Of a stretch of DNA of 64,000 nt, positions 16,524 to 26,983 are shown one piece after another. The position numbers were made by a program, and so were the translations under genes. The notes beneath the pieces were generated by a model. That model was not told the DNA's origin and made no database searches. It saw nothing but the letters and a program-made list of their open reading frames with translations. The number at the start of each line of letters is the position of its first letter. Position 1 is the stretch's first letter. Source of the stretch: Candidatus Eiseniibacteriota bacterium (GTDB lineage Bacteria; Eisenbacteria; RBG-16-71-46; CAZAMP01); assembly GCA_965224245.1 (NCBI GenBank), contig OZ245046.1, forward strand, positions 5,568,001 to 5,632,000. Reading direction: 5' to 3'.

Positions 16524-18968
16524 ATGTCCACATCGACCCCCAACACGCGAAAGACCCATGGCGGCCAGTCGCCGCCCGCGACCGATGCGACGTCCGCGAG
16601 CCCGTCGACGGCGGCGACGCCGCCGACCGGGCCGGACGGGCGGCGGGACGAGGACGCCGTCCTCAACGAGGACGCGGTCCTCGTCCGCATCGACGGCATG
16701 CACTGCGCCGGCTGCGTCCACTCCGTGGAGCGCTCGATCGGGGAGATCGAGAGCGTCAACGACGTGGCCGTGAACCTGACCACCGAGACCGCACGTGTCG
16801 TGTTCGACGGCCCCGAGCCGCCGGTCGACGCGCTCTACGACGCGGTCGCCCGCGCCGGCTTCTCGCTGGTCATGATCGATCGCGACGAGGACGCGCCGCG
16901 CCGGGATCCGGTCGAGCACGATCGGCGGAAGCTCGCGGCCGCGCGGCGCCGCATGTGGATCGCGTGGGGTCTCACGGTCCCCATCATGCTCTGGATGCTG
17001 CCCGAGATGATCGCCGGCATGATGTGGCCCACCGCGGCCATCTTCCATCTCGGGATGGTGCTCCTGGCGACGCCGGTGGTGCTCGGCGCGGGGCGCGAGA
17101 CGCTCACCAGCGCCATCCGGTCGTCGCTCAACCGCGCGCCGAACATGGACGTGCTGATCGCGCTTGGCAGCACGGCCGCGCTGGCCACCGGGATCGCGGC
17201 GACCTGGAGCGCGTTCACGGGCGGACCGCACCTCTTCGACTTCTCGGGCGTGGGCGCGATGATCGTCGCGTTCCATCTGACCGGGCGCTTCGTCGAGACA
17301 CGCGCGCGCGGGCGGGCGTCCGAGGCGATCAAGCGCCTGTTGACCCTCGAAGCGCGAACGGCCCGCGTCGTGCGCGACGGTGTGGCGGTCGAGGTCCCGA
17401 TCGACGAGGTTCGCGTGGGGGACATCTTCCTGGTCCAGGCGGGCGAGAAGGTCCCCACCGACGGGCAGGTCATCGACGGCGAGAGCGAGGTCGACGAGTC
17501 CCTCGTGACCGGCGAGTCGATGCCGGTCACCAAGCAGCCGGGCGACCTGGTCATCGGCGCCACGCTGAACGCGTCGGGGCTGCTGCGCGTGCGGGCCACC
17601 GGGGTCGGCCGGAACACGTTCCTGGCCAGCGTCATCCGGCTGGTCGAGGAAGCCCAGACCACCCGCGTGCCGATCCAGGCCGTGGCCGATCGCGTCACAG
17701 CGGTGTTCGTCCCGGTCGTGCTGCTGATCGCGGTGGTGGTCTTCTTCGCCTGGCTGATGTTCGGCGACGCGATCGCCGCGTGGACGCGACCGGTCGCCGC
17801 GTCGCTCCCGTGGATCATCCCGTCGCTGGATCCGGTGTCGAGAGCGCTCTACGCGACCATCGCCACGCTGGTGATCGCCTGTCCGTGCGCACTCGGGCTG
17901 GCCACGCCGACCGCGCTCATGGTCGGAAGCGGGCTCGGAGCCACGAGCGGCATCCTGATCCGGCGGGGCGAGGCCATCCAGCGAATGCGCGAGGTCAGCG
18001 TCATCGCGTTCGACAAGACCGGCACCGTCACCCGCGGCCGCCCGGAGGTCGTGGACGTGAAGCCCGTCGACGGCGTGACCGGCGACGAGCTCCTCCGTGC
18101 CGCCGCCGCCGCCGAGGCGGGAAGCGAGCACCCCCTCGCGAAGGCCGTGGTCGCGCACGCGGAGTCGCTGGGGATCCGTGTGATCGCGCCGGACAGCTCG
18201 CGCGTCGTGCCCGGGGACGGGGTGGTGGCCGAGACGTCCGGCTCGGCGCTCGGCGAGTCCGAGTCGGACTCCGGGAGCGTGCGGATCCACGTGGGCCGGC
18301 CCGGCTTCCTGATCGCCGCCGGCATCGACGTGGGGCCGTTCGCGGATCGGCTCAAGGGCGAGCACCCGGAGGCCACCTGGATCTGGGTGGCCCGCGACGG
18401 CCGCGTGCTCGGCGCGCTCGCGCTCGCCGACGCCGTTCGCTCGAGCGCGGCCGCCGCCATCGGGGCGCTGGTCGCGCGCGGGATCACCCCGGTCATGATG
18501 ACCGGTGACTCTTCCCGGGCCGCGAAGGCGGTAGGCGAGCGCCTGGGCATTCCGCGGGTGCTGGCCGAAGTGCGTCCGGCGGACAAGGCGGGCGAGGTGA
18601 GAAAGCTCCAGGAGCGCGGCGAGGTCGTGGCGATGGTCGGCGACGGCATCAACGACGCGCCGGCGCTCGCCCAGGCCGACGTCGGCATCGCGATCGGATC
18701 GGGGACCGACGTGGCGATCGAGGCGGGCGACATCGTCCTGACCGGCGGCGACCTCGGCGCGGTCGTGCGCGCGCACACGCTGTCCAATGCCACGTTCGCC
18801 AAGATCCGGCAGAACCTCTTCTGGGCGTTCTTCTACAACGTGGTGGCGATCCCGCTGGCGATGCTGGGGCTCCTGCATCCCCTGATCGCGGAGGTGGCGA
18901 TGGCGCTGAGCTCGGTGAACGTCGTCGCGAACGCGCAGCAGCTGAGGCGGCTGAAGCTGGGCGGGTGA
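16524..18968 (+). CDS. copA: Cu(I)-exporting P1B-type ATPase
   Basis: GMHCAGC HMA domain, TGES, CPC, DKTGT, SEHP, GDGINDAP, YN and MALSS motifs. Confidence 0.92.
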   Translation: MSTSTPNTRKTHGGQSPPATDATSASPSTAATPPTGPDGRRDEDAVLNEDAVLVRIDGMHCAGCVHSVERSIGEIESVNDVAVNLTTETARVVFDGPEPPVDALYDAVARAGFSLVMIDRDEDAPRRDPVEHDRRKLAAARRRMWIAWGLTVPIMLWMLPEMIAGMMWPTAAIFHLGMVLLATPVVLGAGRETLTSAIRSSLNRAPNMDVLIALGSTAALATGIAATWSAFTGGPHLFDFSGVGAMIVAFHLTGRFVETRARGRASEAIKRLLTLEARTARVVRDGVAVEVPIDEVRVGDIFLVQAGEKVPTDGQVIDGESEVDESLVTGESMPVTKQPGDLVIGATLNASGLLRVRATGVGRNTFLASVIRLVEEAQTTRVPIQAVADRVTAVFVPVVLLIAVVVFFAWLMFGDAIAAWTRPVAASLPWIIPSLDPVSRALYATIATLVIACPCALGLATPTALMVGSGLGATSGILIRRGEAIQRMREVSVIAFDKTGTVTRGRPEVVDVKPVDGVTGDELLRAAAAAEAGSEHPLAKAVVAHAESLGIRVIAPDSSRVVPGDGVVAETSGSALGESESDSGSVRIHVGRPGFLIAAGIDVGPFADRLKGEHPEATWIWVARDGRVLGALALADAVRSSAAAAIGALVARGITPVMMTGDSSRAAKAVGERLGIPRVLAEVRPADKAGEVRKLQERGEVVAMVGDGINDAPALAQADVGIAIGSGTDVAIEAGDIVLTGGDLGAVVRAHTLSNATFAKIRQNLFWAFFYNVVAIPLAMLGLLHPLIAEVAMALSSVNVVANAQQLRRLKLGG

Positions 18969-19143
18969 GCGTGACGCTCTCGGCTTCCCCGGGGGTGGCG
19001 GCTTGCCCGTGGCGGGCACCACGCCCCATAATCCGGATCGTGACCAGCCGCGCGACACGCCGCCGGGTGAGCCTTCGACCGGGAGTCGCGGCCTGCCCGG
19101 CGGTCGCGAGAGCCGACGACGACCGCACCGGGGGAGAGGTGGG

Positions 19144-22032
19144 GTGGAGCGCTTCGAACGCCTGAGGTCCGTTTTGGACCGGGTCATCGAGCTCGACGCC
19201 ACCAGTCGATCCGCAGTCCTCGACGCGGAGTGCCGGGACGACCCGGAGCTGCGCCGCGAGGTCGAATCGATCCTGGGCGTCCTCGGAGACGTCCCCGCCG
19301 TCCTGGCCACCGACGGCGCCGCCGACGTTCTCGGAGCCTCGGTCACGTCCTCCCACATCGGCGCCGGCTCGCGGCTCGGTCCCTACGAGGTCGAGGAGCG
19401 CGTCGGCGCGGGCGGCATGGGCGTCGTGTACCGCGCCCGGGACACCCGTCTCGATCGGTCCGTCGCCATCAAGGTGCTCCCCACGCGGCGGACTCGCGAT
19501 CCCGACTACCAGCGCCGGCTCACGCGCGAGGCACGGGCCATCGGGAAGCTCCAGCACCCCGGCATCTGCACGCTGCACGACATCGGTCATGGCGACGGCT
19601 TCGACTACCTCGTGCTCGAGTACCTGCGAGGCGAGACGCTGGCGACCCGGCTGGGGGACGGCCCCATGTCCGTGATCGAGGCTCTGGACGTCGCGATGGA
19701 GATCGCGAGCGCTCTCGACGCTGCCCACCGCGCCGGCGTGGTGCATCGCGATCTGAAGCCGAGCAACGTCATGCTCACCAGCTCCGGGGTGAAGCTGCTC
19801 GACTTCGGCGTCGCGAAGCTCGGAGCGCGATCCGTGCTGACCGCGTCACGTCGCCGGCCGGACGAATCGGGGTTCTCCGAGCTGGCGGCGAGCTCGTTGA
19901 CCCGGCAGGGGACGATCCTGGGGACGTTTCCGTACATGGCGCCCGAGCAGCTGGAGGGCAAGGACGTCGACGCCCGCACGGACATCTTCGCGCTCGGCGC
20001 CGTGCTGTACGAGATGGTGACCGGACGGCGCGCCTTTCTCGGAGAGGGGGCGTCGCTCGTGGCCGCGATCATCGCCACCGATCCGCCACCGGTGCGCGAG
20101 CTCGTCCCGGAGGCACCGGTTCTGCTGGATCCCATTCTGACGCGATGTCTGGCCAAGGATCCCGACGATCGCCTGCAGACGGCCCACGACGTACGCATCC
20201 AGTTCGAGTGGGCGCGCGAGCTCGCGGCGGGTGGGGGTCACCCGGTCCACGAGCGGAGGCGCATCGCCGGAAGGCTCGGCGGTCTTCGACGTGTCGGGTC
20301 GATGGTGCTCGCCGTGGGGATCGTGGCCGCGCTGGCCGGCGGCGCCGCGTGGATCATCCGCGGCCTCCGGACCGAGCCGCCACGCGTCGCCACGCGATTC
20401 CAGGTTCCACCGCCGGCCGACGCGGCGGCCGCCGAGCGGCCGCGCATCTCGCCGGACGGTCGACGACTCGCGTTCATCGGCACCGACTCCCTCGGAACCG
20501 ACGGTATCTGGCTCCGGGAGCTCGAGGAGATCGGATCCCGGCGCCTCGGCGGTACCGACCACGTCGACGGGTTGACCTGGGCGCCCGACTCGCGCCGGAT
20601 CGCGTTCATGGCCGAAGGGAAGATGCTCCGCCTGGTCGATACCGTCACCGGACGCGTCCGAACCGTGTCCGAGCTCTTCGTGGAGGCCCCCCGCTCGAAG
20701 ACCGAGCTCACCTGGGACGGCGAGGATCACATCGTGTTCGATCGCGGCAGTCGGAGTCCGCTCTACGGTGTCTCCGTCTCCGGTGGCGCACCGACGCCGT
20801 GGACGGTGCTCGACACGCTCCGTCACGAGATCGGCCACAGTCGCCCTGCGACCGGATCCGGCGTTCTCACATTCATCGTGCGTCGCGACGGTGCGCCTCG
20901 TCGACTCGCCGTGCGTACGGCGTCCGGTGAGCCACATCGGTACCTGGAGCAGACCGAGAGCCGGGGCCTCGTGCTCGACGGATCGCGGCTCCTCTACCTG
21001 CGGCGTCACACGCTCATGGCGCGTCCCATCGACCTGCGTGCGGGGGTGTTCACGGGCGATCCGTTTCCGGTGGCGGAGAACGTGCTCTCGGCCCGACGGC
21101 AGGGTGCGGAGTTCTGCGCATCCGGGCAGGGCACGCTCGTGTATCGCGCCTGGGACCGGCCGGGGCTCGACCTCGTCTGGATCGATCGGGACGGGCGCCG
21201 GATCGGAGTCGCACTCGAGTCCGGGGAGTATCGCTTCCCCGCGCTCTCGCCGGATGGAGAGCGGCTCGCGGTCGCGCGGAGCGACGCGCTGGGCAACCGC
21301 GACATCTGGCTTCACGACGGGGGTTCCGCGGAGCCCCGGCGCATCACCTTTCGTGTCGGCAACGACAACGTCCCCACGTGGTCCGCGGACGGGCAGGAAA
21401 TCATCTACCTGGCCACGGTCCCGGACACGTCGTGGATCCTCCGCCACTCCGTGAGCGGGGTCGGGAAGCCGGACACCCTCGTCACGTCCCCCGCCGCGCT
21501 GTTTCCGCTGAGCTGCTCCCCCGACGGCCGATACCTCGTCTACACGCGCTTCGACGACGCTCACGGCTCCTCGTTGCGCGTGCTGTCGCTCACCGAGCCC
21601 GGGCCCGACCGCGAGTTCTTCAACTCCCGGGGCGAGTCACGAGCACAGATCTCGCCCGACGGGGACTGGCTCGTGTACGAGTCGGACCAGTCCGGCTCCA
21701 CGGAGATATACATCCAGGCGTTTCCGGAGGGCGGAAGTCAGCAACAGCTCACGCTGGACGGTGGCGCCACGCCGTTCTGGACCCGGGGCGGTGCCGAGAT
21801 CGTGTACCTCTCGGGTGCCGACATGATGAGTCTCGACGTGCGCGTGGTGAACGGGGCCATCGAGGTCGGGGAGCCACGCCGCCTGTTCACGGTGCGAGAC
21901 ATCGTCGACGACCAGTACACCGTCACGCCCGACGGAGAGCGGTTTCTCTTCGTCAGCGAGCCCAGGGACGCGGCCACGGTTCCCATGACCGTCGTGCTGA
22001 ACTGGCAGAGCCTCCTCGACGGCTCGCGGTAG
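19144..22032 (+). CDS. Membrane Ser/Thr kinase with C-terminal PD40/TolB-like beta-propeller
   Basis: GAGGMGVVY, HRDLKPSN, DFG, YMAPEQ; one TM segment; repeated SPDG motifs. Start codon uncertain. Confidence 0.88.
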   Translation: MERFERLRSVLDRVIELDATSRSAVLDAECRDDPELRREVESILGVLGDVPAVLATDGAADVLGASVTSSHIGAGSRLGPYEVEERVGAGGMGVVYRARDTRLDRSVAIKVLPTRRTRDPDYQRRLTREARAIGKLQHPGICTLHDIGHGDGFDYLVLEYLRGETLATRLGDGPMSVIEALDVAMEIASALDAAHRAGVVHRDLKPSNVMLTSSGVKLLDFGVAKLGARSVLTASRRRPDESGFSELAASSLTRQGTILGTFPYMAPEQLEGKDVDARTDIFALGAVLYEMVTGRRAFLGEGASLVAAIIATDPPPVRELVPEAPVLLDPILTRCLAKDPDDRLQTAHDVRIQFEWARELAAGGGHPVHERRRIAGRLGGLRRVGSMVLAVGIVAALAGGAAWIIRGLRTEPPRVATRFQVPPPADAAAAERPRISPDGRRLAFIGTDSLGTDGIWLRELEEIGSRRLGGTDHVDGLTWAPDSRRIAFMAEGKMLRLVDTVTGRVRTVSELFVEAPRSKTELTWDGEDHIVFDRGSRSPLYGVSVSGGAPTPWTVLDTLRHEIGHSRPATGSGVLTFIVRRDGAPRRLAVRTASGEPHRYLEQTESRGLVLDGSRLLYLRRHTLMARPIDLRAGVFTGDPFPVAENVLSARRQGAEFCASGQGTLVYRAWDRPGLDLVWIDRDGRRIGVALESGEYRFPALSPDGERLAVARSDALGNRDIWLHDGGSAEPRRITFRVGNDNVPTWSADGQEIIYLATVPDTSWILRHSVSGVGKPDTLVTSPAALFPLSCSPDGRYLVYTRFDDAHGSSLRVLSLTEPGPDREFFNSRGESRAQISPDGDWLVYESDQSGSTEIYIQAFPEGGSQQQLTLDGGATPFWTRGGAEIVYLSGADMMSLDVRVVNGAIEVGEPRRLFTVRDIVDDQYTVTPDGERFLFVSEPRDAATVPMTVVLNWQSLLDGSR

Positions 22033-22069
22033 CATCGGTTGCGCGAATCCAACGGCAGGTCGTACCCTC

Positions 22070-22699
22070 GTGTCACGCTCCACGGCCCGATCCGTCCGCC
22101 GCGGCCCGAACCCGGACACGACATTGCACCACGGCTCCGATTCCGAGTTCCTGATCCTGATCGAGCAGGCGACGGCGGAGGGCACGCCGTCCCGAGAGGT
22201 CGTCGATCAGCTCTACGAGACGGTGTACGGAGAGCTCCGGCGGATTGCCGCCGCGATGCTGCGAGGTAAGGCGGAGGAGCGCTCGGTCAGCCCGACCGAT
22301 CTCGTGCACGATGCCTACGTGAAGCTGACGCGGGGCGCGTCCGTGTCGTGGGAGGGCCGCACGCACTTTCTCGGAGTGGCCGCGAAGGCCATGCGGCACA
22401 TCCTCGTGGATCGGGCACGCCGGAAGGCGGCGGCCAAGCGAGGCGGCGGATGGCGACGCACCACGCTCAGCGTCGCCGCGGTTTCCCCGGGCGTTCCGGA
22501 GTTCGAGGTCATCGCCCTGAACGACGCGCTCGACGAGCTCCAACGGCAGGACTCCCGGATGGCCCGCGTGGTCGAGCTCCGGGTCTTCGCGGGGCTCAAG
22601 ATCCGCGAGGTCGCCGAGGTGCTGGACATCTCCACGCGCACGGTCGACTCGGACTGGAAGGTGGCGCGGGCGTGGCTCTCGCATCGGATGTCGGTCTGA
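22070..22699 (+). CDS. ECF sigma factor, kinase-associated (TIGR02999/ECF43-like)
   Basis: VYGELRRIA, SPTDLVHDAYVKL, HFLGVAAKAMRHILVDRAR..KRGG, VVELRVFAGL, DWKVARAWL. Confidence 0.87.
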   Translation: MSRSTARSVRRGPNPDTTLHHGSDSEFLILIEQATAEGTPSREVVDQLYETVYGELRRIAAAMLRGKAEERSVSPTDLVHDAYVKLTRGASVSWEGRTHFLGVAAKAMRHILVDRARRKAAAKRGGGWRRTTLSVAAVSPGVPEFEVIALNDALDELQRQDSRMARVVELRVFAGLKIREVAEVLDISTRTVDSDWKVARAWLSHRMSV

Positions 22700-22841
22700 G
22701 GGCGCGCTCGATCTGACCGCGTCATCGAACCACGATCGCCGCCGGCTCCGCTCCGACCCGGACGCGGTGACGCGCAGGAAGTAGCTCTCGCTGGACGAGA
22801 TCGCGTGGACCGGTCCACGGTGCCCATTCGTCGAAGGTGAT

Positions 22842-23030
22842 TTGGTGAAGAGCACGCGCACCTGGCGGCCGGAGTACGCGAAGACGATCAACGAGTTCCT
22901 GGAGGCGGGAGCGCTCACACGAGGCTTCGTGGTGTACCGGGGACGCGAGCGGTACAGGAGTGGTCGAGTGCTCGGCGTCCCCGTGGAAGAGTTCGTGGCG
23001 ATGCTGGGCGAGAAGGTCTTCACCGACTGA
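22842..23030 (+). pseudogene. C-terminal remnant of an AAA+/DUF4143-type ATP-binding protein
   Basis: VKSTRTWRPEYAKTINEF..FVVYRGRERY..VPVEEFVAML resembles the nuclease-like tail of that family; no ATPase part upstream, in-frame stop at 22782. Confidence 0.45.
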
Positions 23031-23109
23031 ACGATCGGCGCGATGATGGTGGATGTCGCGTCGTGCACGTCGCGCGAGAGCCGGGGACGACGAGGTTCGG
23101 AGGGCTGTC

Positions 23110-23949
23110 ATGGCGGACGAGCCGCTCGGTAGCGTCTATCAGTGGGCGGAGTACTACGACATCGCTTTCGACTTCCGCGACGTGGGAGCCGAGTGTGACT
23201 TCCTGTGCTCGCGCTTCGAGGCGCATGGCGGCGGGGCGGGTTCCTTCCTCGAGCTGGCCTGCGGACCCGGGCAGCACGTCGTCGAGATGGCCGGCCGTGG
23301 GGTGAGCGCGGCGGGGCTGGATCTCTCCCCGGACATGCTCGGGTTCCTGCAAGAGAAGGCCGCGGCGCGGGGTGTCGAGGTGCACGCGATCGAAGCCGAC
23401 ATGCGGAGCTTCAGGATCCCCGATCGTTTCCACGGAGCCGCCCTTCTGATGGACTCCGCGTCGCATCTCCTCACCCACGCCGACATGATCGATCACCTCC
23501 GGTCCGTGGCTCGCCATCTCGAGACCGGTGGGGTCTACGTCCTCGAGATGTCCCATCCGTCGAATCACCTCGGGGTGGCGCGCACCACCCGGAACGTGTG
23601 GACGATGGAGCGCGATCGTGTGGTCGTCGAGACGGAGTGGGGTCAACCCGACGATCCGTTCGACTCGCTGACCCAGGTGGACGAGGTCACGGTGGTGCTG
23701 CGCGTCACCGAGCCCGGGCGCGAACCGATCCGCCACACGCACCGCGAGCGCATCCGTCGCTGGCTGAAGCCCGAGTTCGAGGCCGCGGTGGAGATGAGTG
23801 GCGCGTTCGAGATCGTGGAGTGGTACGGCTCCCTCGATCGCCGCGTCGCCCTCGGTCACGAGAAAGCCGCGTGGCGGATGGTGCCGGTCCTGCGCAAGAT
23901 CAGCGCAGAAGGCTTCCCAGCCCCAGGCTCATCACCGGCACGTACGTGA
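23110..23949 (+). CDS. Class I SAM-dependent methyltransferase
   Basis: YYDIAF, FLELACGPG, GLDLSPDM, ADMRSF, GGVYVLE. Confidence 0.87.
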   Translation: MADEPLGSVYQWAEYYDIAFDFRDVGAECDFLCSRFEAHGGGAGSFLELACGPGQHVVEMAGRGVSAAGLDLSPDMLGFLQEKAAARGVEVHAIEADMRSFRIPDRFHGAALLMDSASHLLTHADMIDHLRSVARHLETGGVYVLEMSHPSNHLGVARTTRNVWTMERDRVVVETEWGQPDDPFDSLTQVDEVTVVLRVTEPGREPIRHTHRERIRRWLKPEFEAAVEMSGAFEIVEWYGSLDRRVALGHEKAAWRMVPVLRKISAEGFPAPGSSPART

Positions 23950-25168
23950 TCACCAGGAGCGCGGCCAGGAGGATCAACAGAAACGGGACCGACGCGCGGT
24001 AGACCTCGACGACCGGCTTCTTGAACCGGAACGACGAGATGAAGAGGTTCAGCCCCACCGGCGGCGTCGAGTAGCCGATCTCGAGGTTCGTCAGAAAGAT
24101 GATCCCGAGATGCACGAGGTTCACCCCGTACCCCTCGGCCACCGGCACGATCAGCGGCACCACGACGATGAGGGCCGAGAAGATGTCCATCAGGCAGCCG
24201 ACGATGAGCAAGAAGACGTTCAGGAGGAGAAGGAACATGAGCTTGCTCGAGACGTAGGTCTGGATCCACCCGAGGATCGCGCCGGGCACCTCGGCGTCGA
24301 TCAGGTAGTTCGTGAGCCCCAGCGCCGACGCGAGGATCACGAGGATCCCGCCCACGAGCACCATGCTCTCGCGCACGATGCGGGGAAGGTCGCGCACCGC
24401 GATGTCGCGATAGACGAACACCTCGATCACGAGCGCGTACGACGCGGTGATCGCCGCCGCCTCGGTGATCTTGAAGAAGCCGCCGTAGATCCCGACGAGG
24501 ACCAGGATCGGCAGCGGCGCCTCCCAGATCGCCTCGCGGAGCGCCGCACGGGCCTCGCGCCAGTCGATGCGCTCGGCCTGAACGCCCGCGCCGCGCGCGG
24601 TCCACCGCACGTACAGCGACAGCACCGCGATCAGAAAGAGCCCGGGCACGATGCCGGCCACGAACACGTCGTCCACGTTCACCGATGCCACGTACGCGTA
24701 GAGGATGATCGGCAAGCTCGGGGGAAAGAGCAGGCCGAGGCTTCCGGACGTGGTCAGGAGCCCGAGCGAGAACCGCTCCGGGTACCGGTCCTGGAGGAGC
24801 GCCGGCAAGAGGAGCCCGCCCATCGCGATGATCGTGACGCCGGACGCCCCCGTGAACGCGGTGAAGAGCGCGCAGACCACGAGCGAGACGACACCGAGCC
24901 CGCCAGGAAACCACGAGAGAAGCGCGTCGGTCACCCGCACCATGCGCTTGGGCGCCTGGCTCTCGGCGAAGAGATAGCCCGCGAACGTGAACATCGGGAT
25001 CGCGATCAGCATCGGCTCCTCGGCGATCCGGAACATGTCGATGGCCACGACCGACGAGCTGATGTCGGCGGCGTGGAACGCCAGAAGCGCGACGATGCCG
25101 ATGATGACGAAGAGCGGGGTGCCGAAGAGCGCGGCGAGGGCGATCCCGAGGATCAGGAGCAGCGTCAC
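23900..25168 (-). CDS. dctM: TRAP transporter large permease
   Basis: AIPMF, FTGASGVTI, GSLGLLFPPSLP, TPPVGLNLF; about 12 TM segments. Confidence 0.93.
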   Translation of the reverse strand: MTLLLILGIALAALFGTPLFVIIGIVALLAFHAADISSSVVAIDMFRIAEEPMLIAIPMFTFAGYLFAESQAPKRMVRVTDALLSWFPGGLGVVSLVVCALFTAFTGASGVTIIAMGGLLLPALLQDRYPERFSLGLLTTSGSLGLLFPPSLPIILYAYVASVNVDDVFVAGIVPGLFLIAVLSLYVRWTARGAGVQAERIDWREARAALREAIWEAPLPILVLVGIYGGFFKITEAAAITASYALVIEVFVYRDIAVRDLPRIVRESMVLVGGILVILASALGLTNYLIDAEVPGAILGWIQTYVSSKLMFLLLLNVFLLIVGCLMDIFSALIVVVPLIVPVAEGYGVNLVHLGIIFLTNLEIGYSTPPVGLNLFISSFRFKKPVVEVYRASVPFLLILLAALLVITYVPVMSLGLGSLLR

Positions 25169-25866
25169 GACGGCACCTCACCGCGAGACCGCGGAGCCCC
25201 CCCACGGGGCGGCCGCGCCCGGAGGCCCGGGTCCGTTCTCGGGTCGGGCACGTCGCTGCCGATCTCGGCCGCGCGTGGACCGCAGCACGCGCTGTGCACG
25301 AACCGGTACGCCATGACGGTGAGCGCGATCGGCATCACGGTCATCAGGACCCAGGTCGGGATCCCCAGGAACGCGACCGACTCGAACTCGAACTCGTCAC
25401 GGACGAGCACGTAGGCCGCGTTCGCGAGCGCGATCACCACGCCCGCGGCGCCCAGGCGCAGCACGGCGTGAATCGCTCGCGCCGGGATCCCGTGGACGAG
25501 CCGCGAGAGCGCGTCGATGCTGATGTGCCGGTCGTGCGCGGTCGCGAGCGCGGCGCCCATGAAGCCGATCCACAGGACGGCGTGGCGCAGGAGCGGGTCG
25601 ACCCAGGCAAAGCCGGTGTCGAAGGCGTTCCGGAGCACGATCTGGGTCAGAGAGAGCGCGACCATCGCCACCAGGAGCAGCGTCAGACACACGTGCTCGG
25701 TGGTCGCCAGCAAGCGGAGCCATCGCCTCCCGGGCCGGGATCGATCCAACGTCAGGCGGATGCCGAGCGCGACCAGGATGGCGCCGCCGGTCGTCAGCGC
25801 GAACGGGGCGCCGGGTGAGATCGTGAAGAGGAGCGCTCGTCCCCACTCTCCCGGCGCGCCCGCCAT
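25165..25866 (-). CDS. dctQ: TRAP transporter small permease
   Basis: QIVLRN, LWIGFMGA.LAT...RHISID; overlaps the dctM start. Confidence 0.88.
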   Translation of the reverse strand: MAGAPGEWGRALLFTISPGAPFALTTGGAILVALGIRLTLDRSRPGRRWLRLLATTEHVCLTLLLVAMVALSLTQIVLRNAFDTGFAWVDPLLRHAVLWIGFMGAALATAHDRHISIDALSRLVHGIPARAIHAVLRLGAAGVVIALANAAYVLVRDEFEFESVAFLGIPTWVLMTVMPIALTVMAYRFVHSACCGPRAAEIGSDVPDPRTDPGLRARPPRGGAPRSRGEVPS

Positions 25867-25869
25867 GGG

Positions 25870-26949
25870 CTAGTTCGAGGCCGTCTTGGCGCGATGGGCC
25901 TCGAGCGTGCTCGTGACGCGAGCCAGGAGATCGGCCGGATAGAGCTCGCCCTTGAGGTCGGTCCAGACGAGCTCGGATCTCTCGCGCAGTCCCGCGAGCT
26001 GATCCGCGTCGGCGGTGACCGCCTCCACGCCGTGTCGTTCGAGCTCGACCAGCGCGTCGGCGTTCTGCTGGCGCGTGGCCTCGGTCAGCGCGGCGAGGTG
26101 CTTCCTGGCGATCGTGAGCACGGTCTGGCGCTGATCGGCGGGGATCTTGTCGAAGACCTTCTTCGAGATCACCAGCGCACCGGTCGCGTGCGCCATGGGC
26201 TCGGCCGTCATGTAGCTCACGCGCGTGAACCACTGGAGCGCCACGCACGCGTACGGCGAGCAGTACACGCCGTCGACCATGCCGGTCTGCAGCGACGTCG
26301 TGACGTGCGCGATCGACAGTGGCACCGGGGGTATCTGGAACTGCTCGAACATCGACTCGGCCACCGGATCGCCTTCCCAGAGCCACATCTTGACCGAGGA
26401 CATGTCGTCGCGGGAGCGCACGGGCGTCTTCGTGAAGACGTGGACCGAGCCCACCTCGGCCCAGCCGAGGAGCACGAAGTCCTTCTCGGCCAGCATGGCC
26501 TCGAACTCGGGGTCGAACGTCGCGTGGACGAGGTCCACCTCCGCGTCGGAACGCAGCATGAACGGCAGCTCGAGGATGCGCAGTGCCGGCGCGACCTGAC
26601 CGAGCCCGGTGCCGGTGAGTCCGGCACCCTGGAGCTGACCGTTTCGGATTCGCCGGAGGACGACCTTCTCGTCGCCCTGCGCGCCGTCGGTGTAGAACTT
26701 GAAGCCCACACCGTTGGCGGTGGCCTCGCGGACCTCGGCGTCCATCTCCGTCATGATGTGCATCCACGTGGATCCCGCCGGCGCGAGCGTGGCGACCTTG
26801 ATCTGGACCTTGGGCTTGGGCGCGGCGGCGACCATACCCGCCAGACCGAACGCCGCGGCGCACGCGAGGCTCGTCGCAGTGGCCAGCCGGACCGCGCGCG
26901 CGCGTGCGCGCGCCGTCGTCGAGCGGTGTGTCGTGGTTCGTCGCGTCAT
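25870..26949 (-). CDS. dctP: TRAP substrate-binding protein (TatP-type)
   Basis: IKVATLAPAGSTW, QGDEK..RIRNGQL, KMWLWEGDP; signal peptide. Confidence 0.9.
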   Translation of the reverse strand: MTRRTTTHRSTTARARARAVRLATATSLACAAAFGLAGMVAAAPKPKVQIKVATLAPAGSTWMHIMTEMDAEVREATANGVGFKFYTDGAQGDEKVVLRRIRNGQLQGAGLTGTGLGQVAPALRILELPFMLRSDAEVDLVHATFDPEFEAMLAEKDFVLLGWAEVGSVHVFTKTPVRSRDDMSSVKMWLWEGDPVAESMFEQFQIPPVPLSIAHVTTSLQTGMVDGVYCSPYACVALQWFTRVSYMTAEPMAHATGALVISKKVFDKIPADQRQTVLTIARKHLAALTEATRQQNADALVELERHGVEAVTADADQLAGLRERSELVWTDLKGELYPADLLARVTSTLEAHRAKTASN

Positions 26950-26983
26950 GGTGTCGTCCCCCGTGGGTCGTGTTCCGGACCGT

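Noticed and set aside
23900..23949. 50-nt convergent overlap of methyltransferase and dctM
   Set aside because: Short tail overlaps are common in GC-rich genomes; no further signal.
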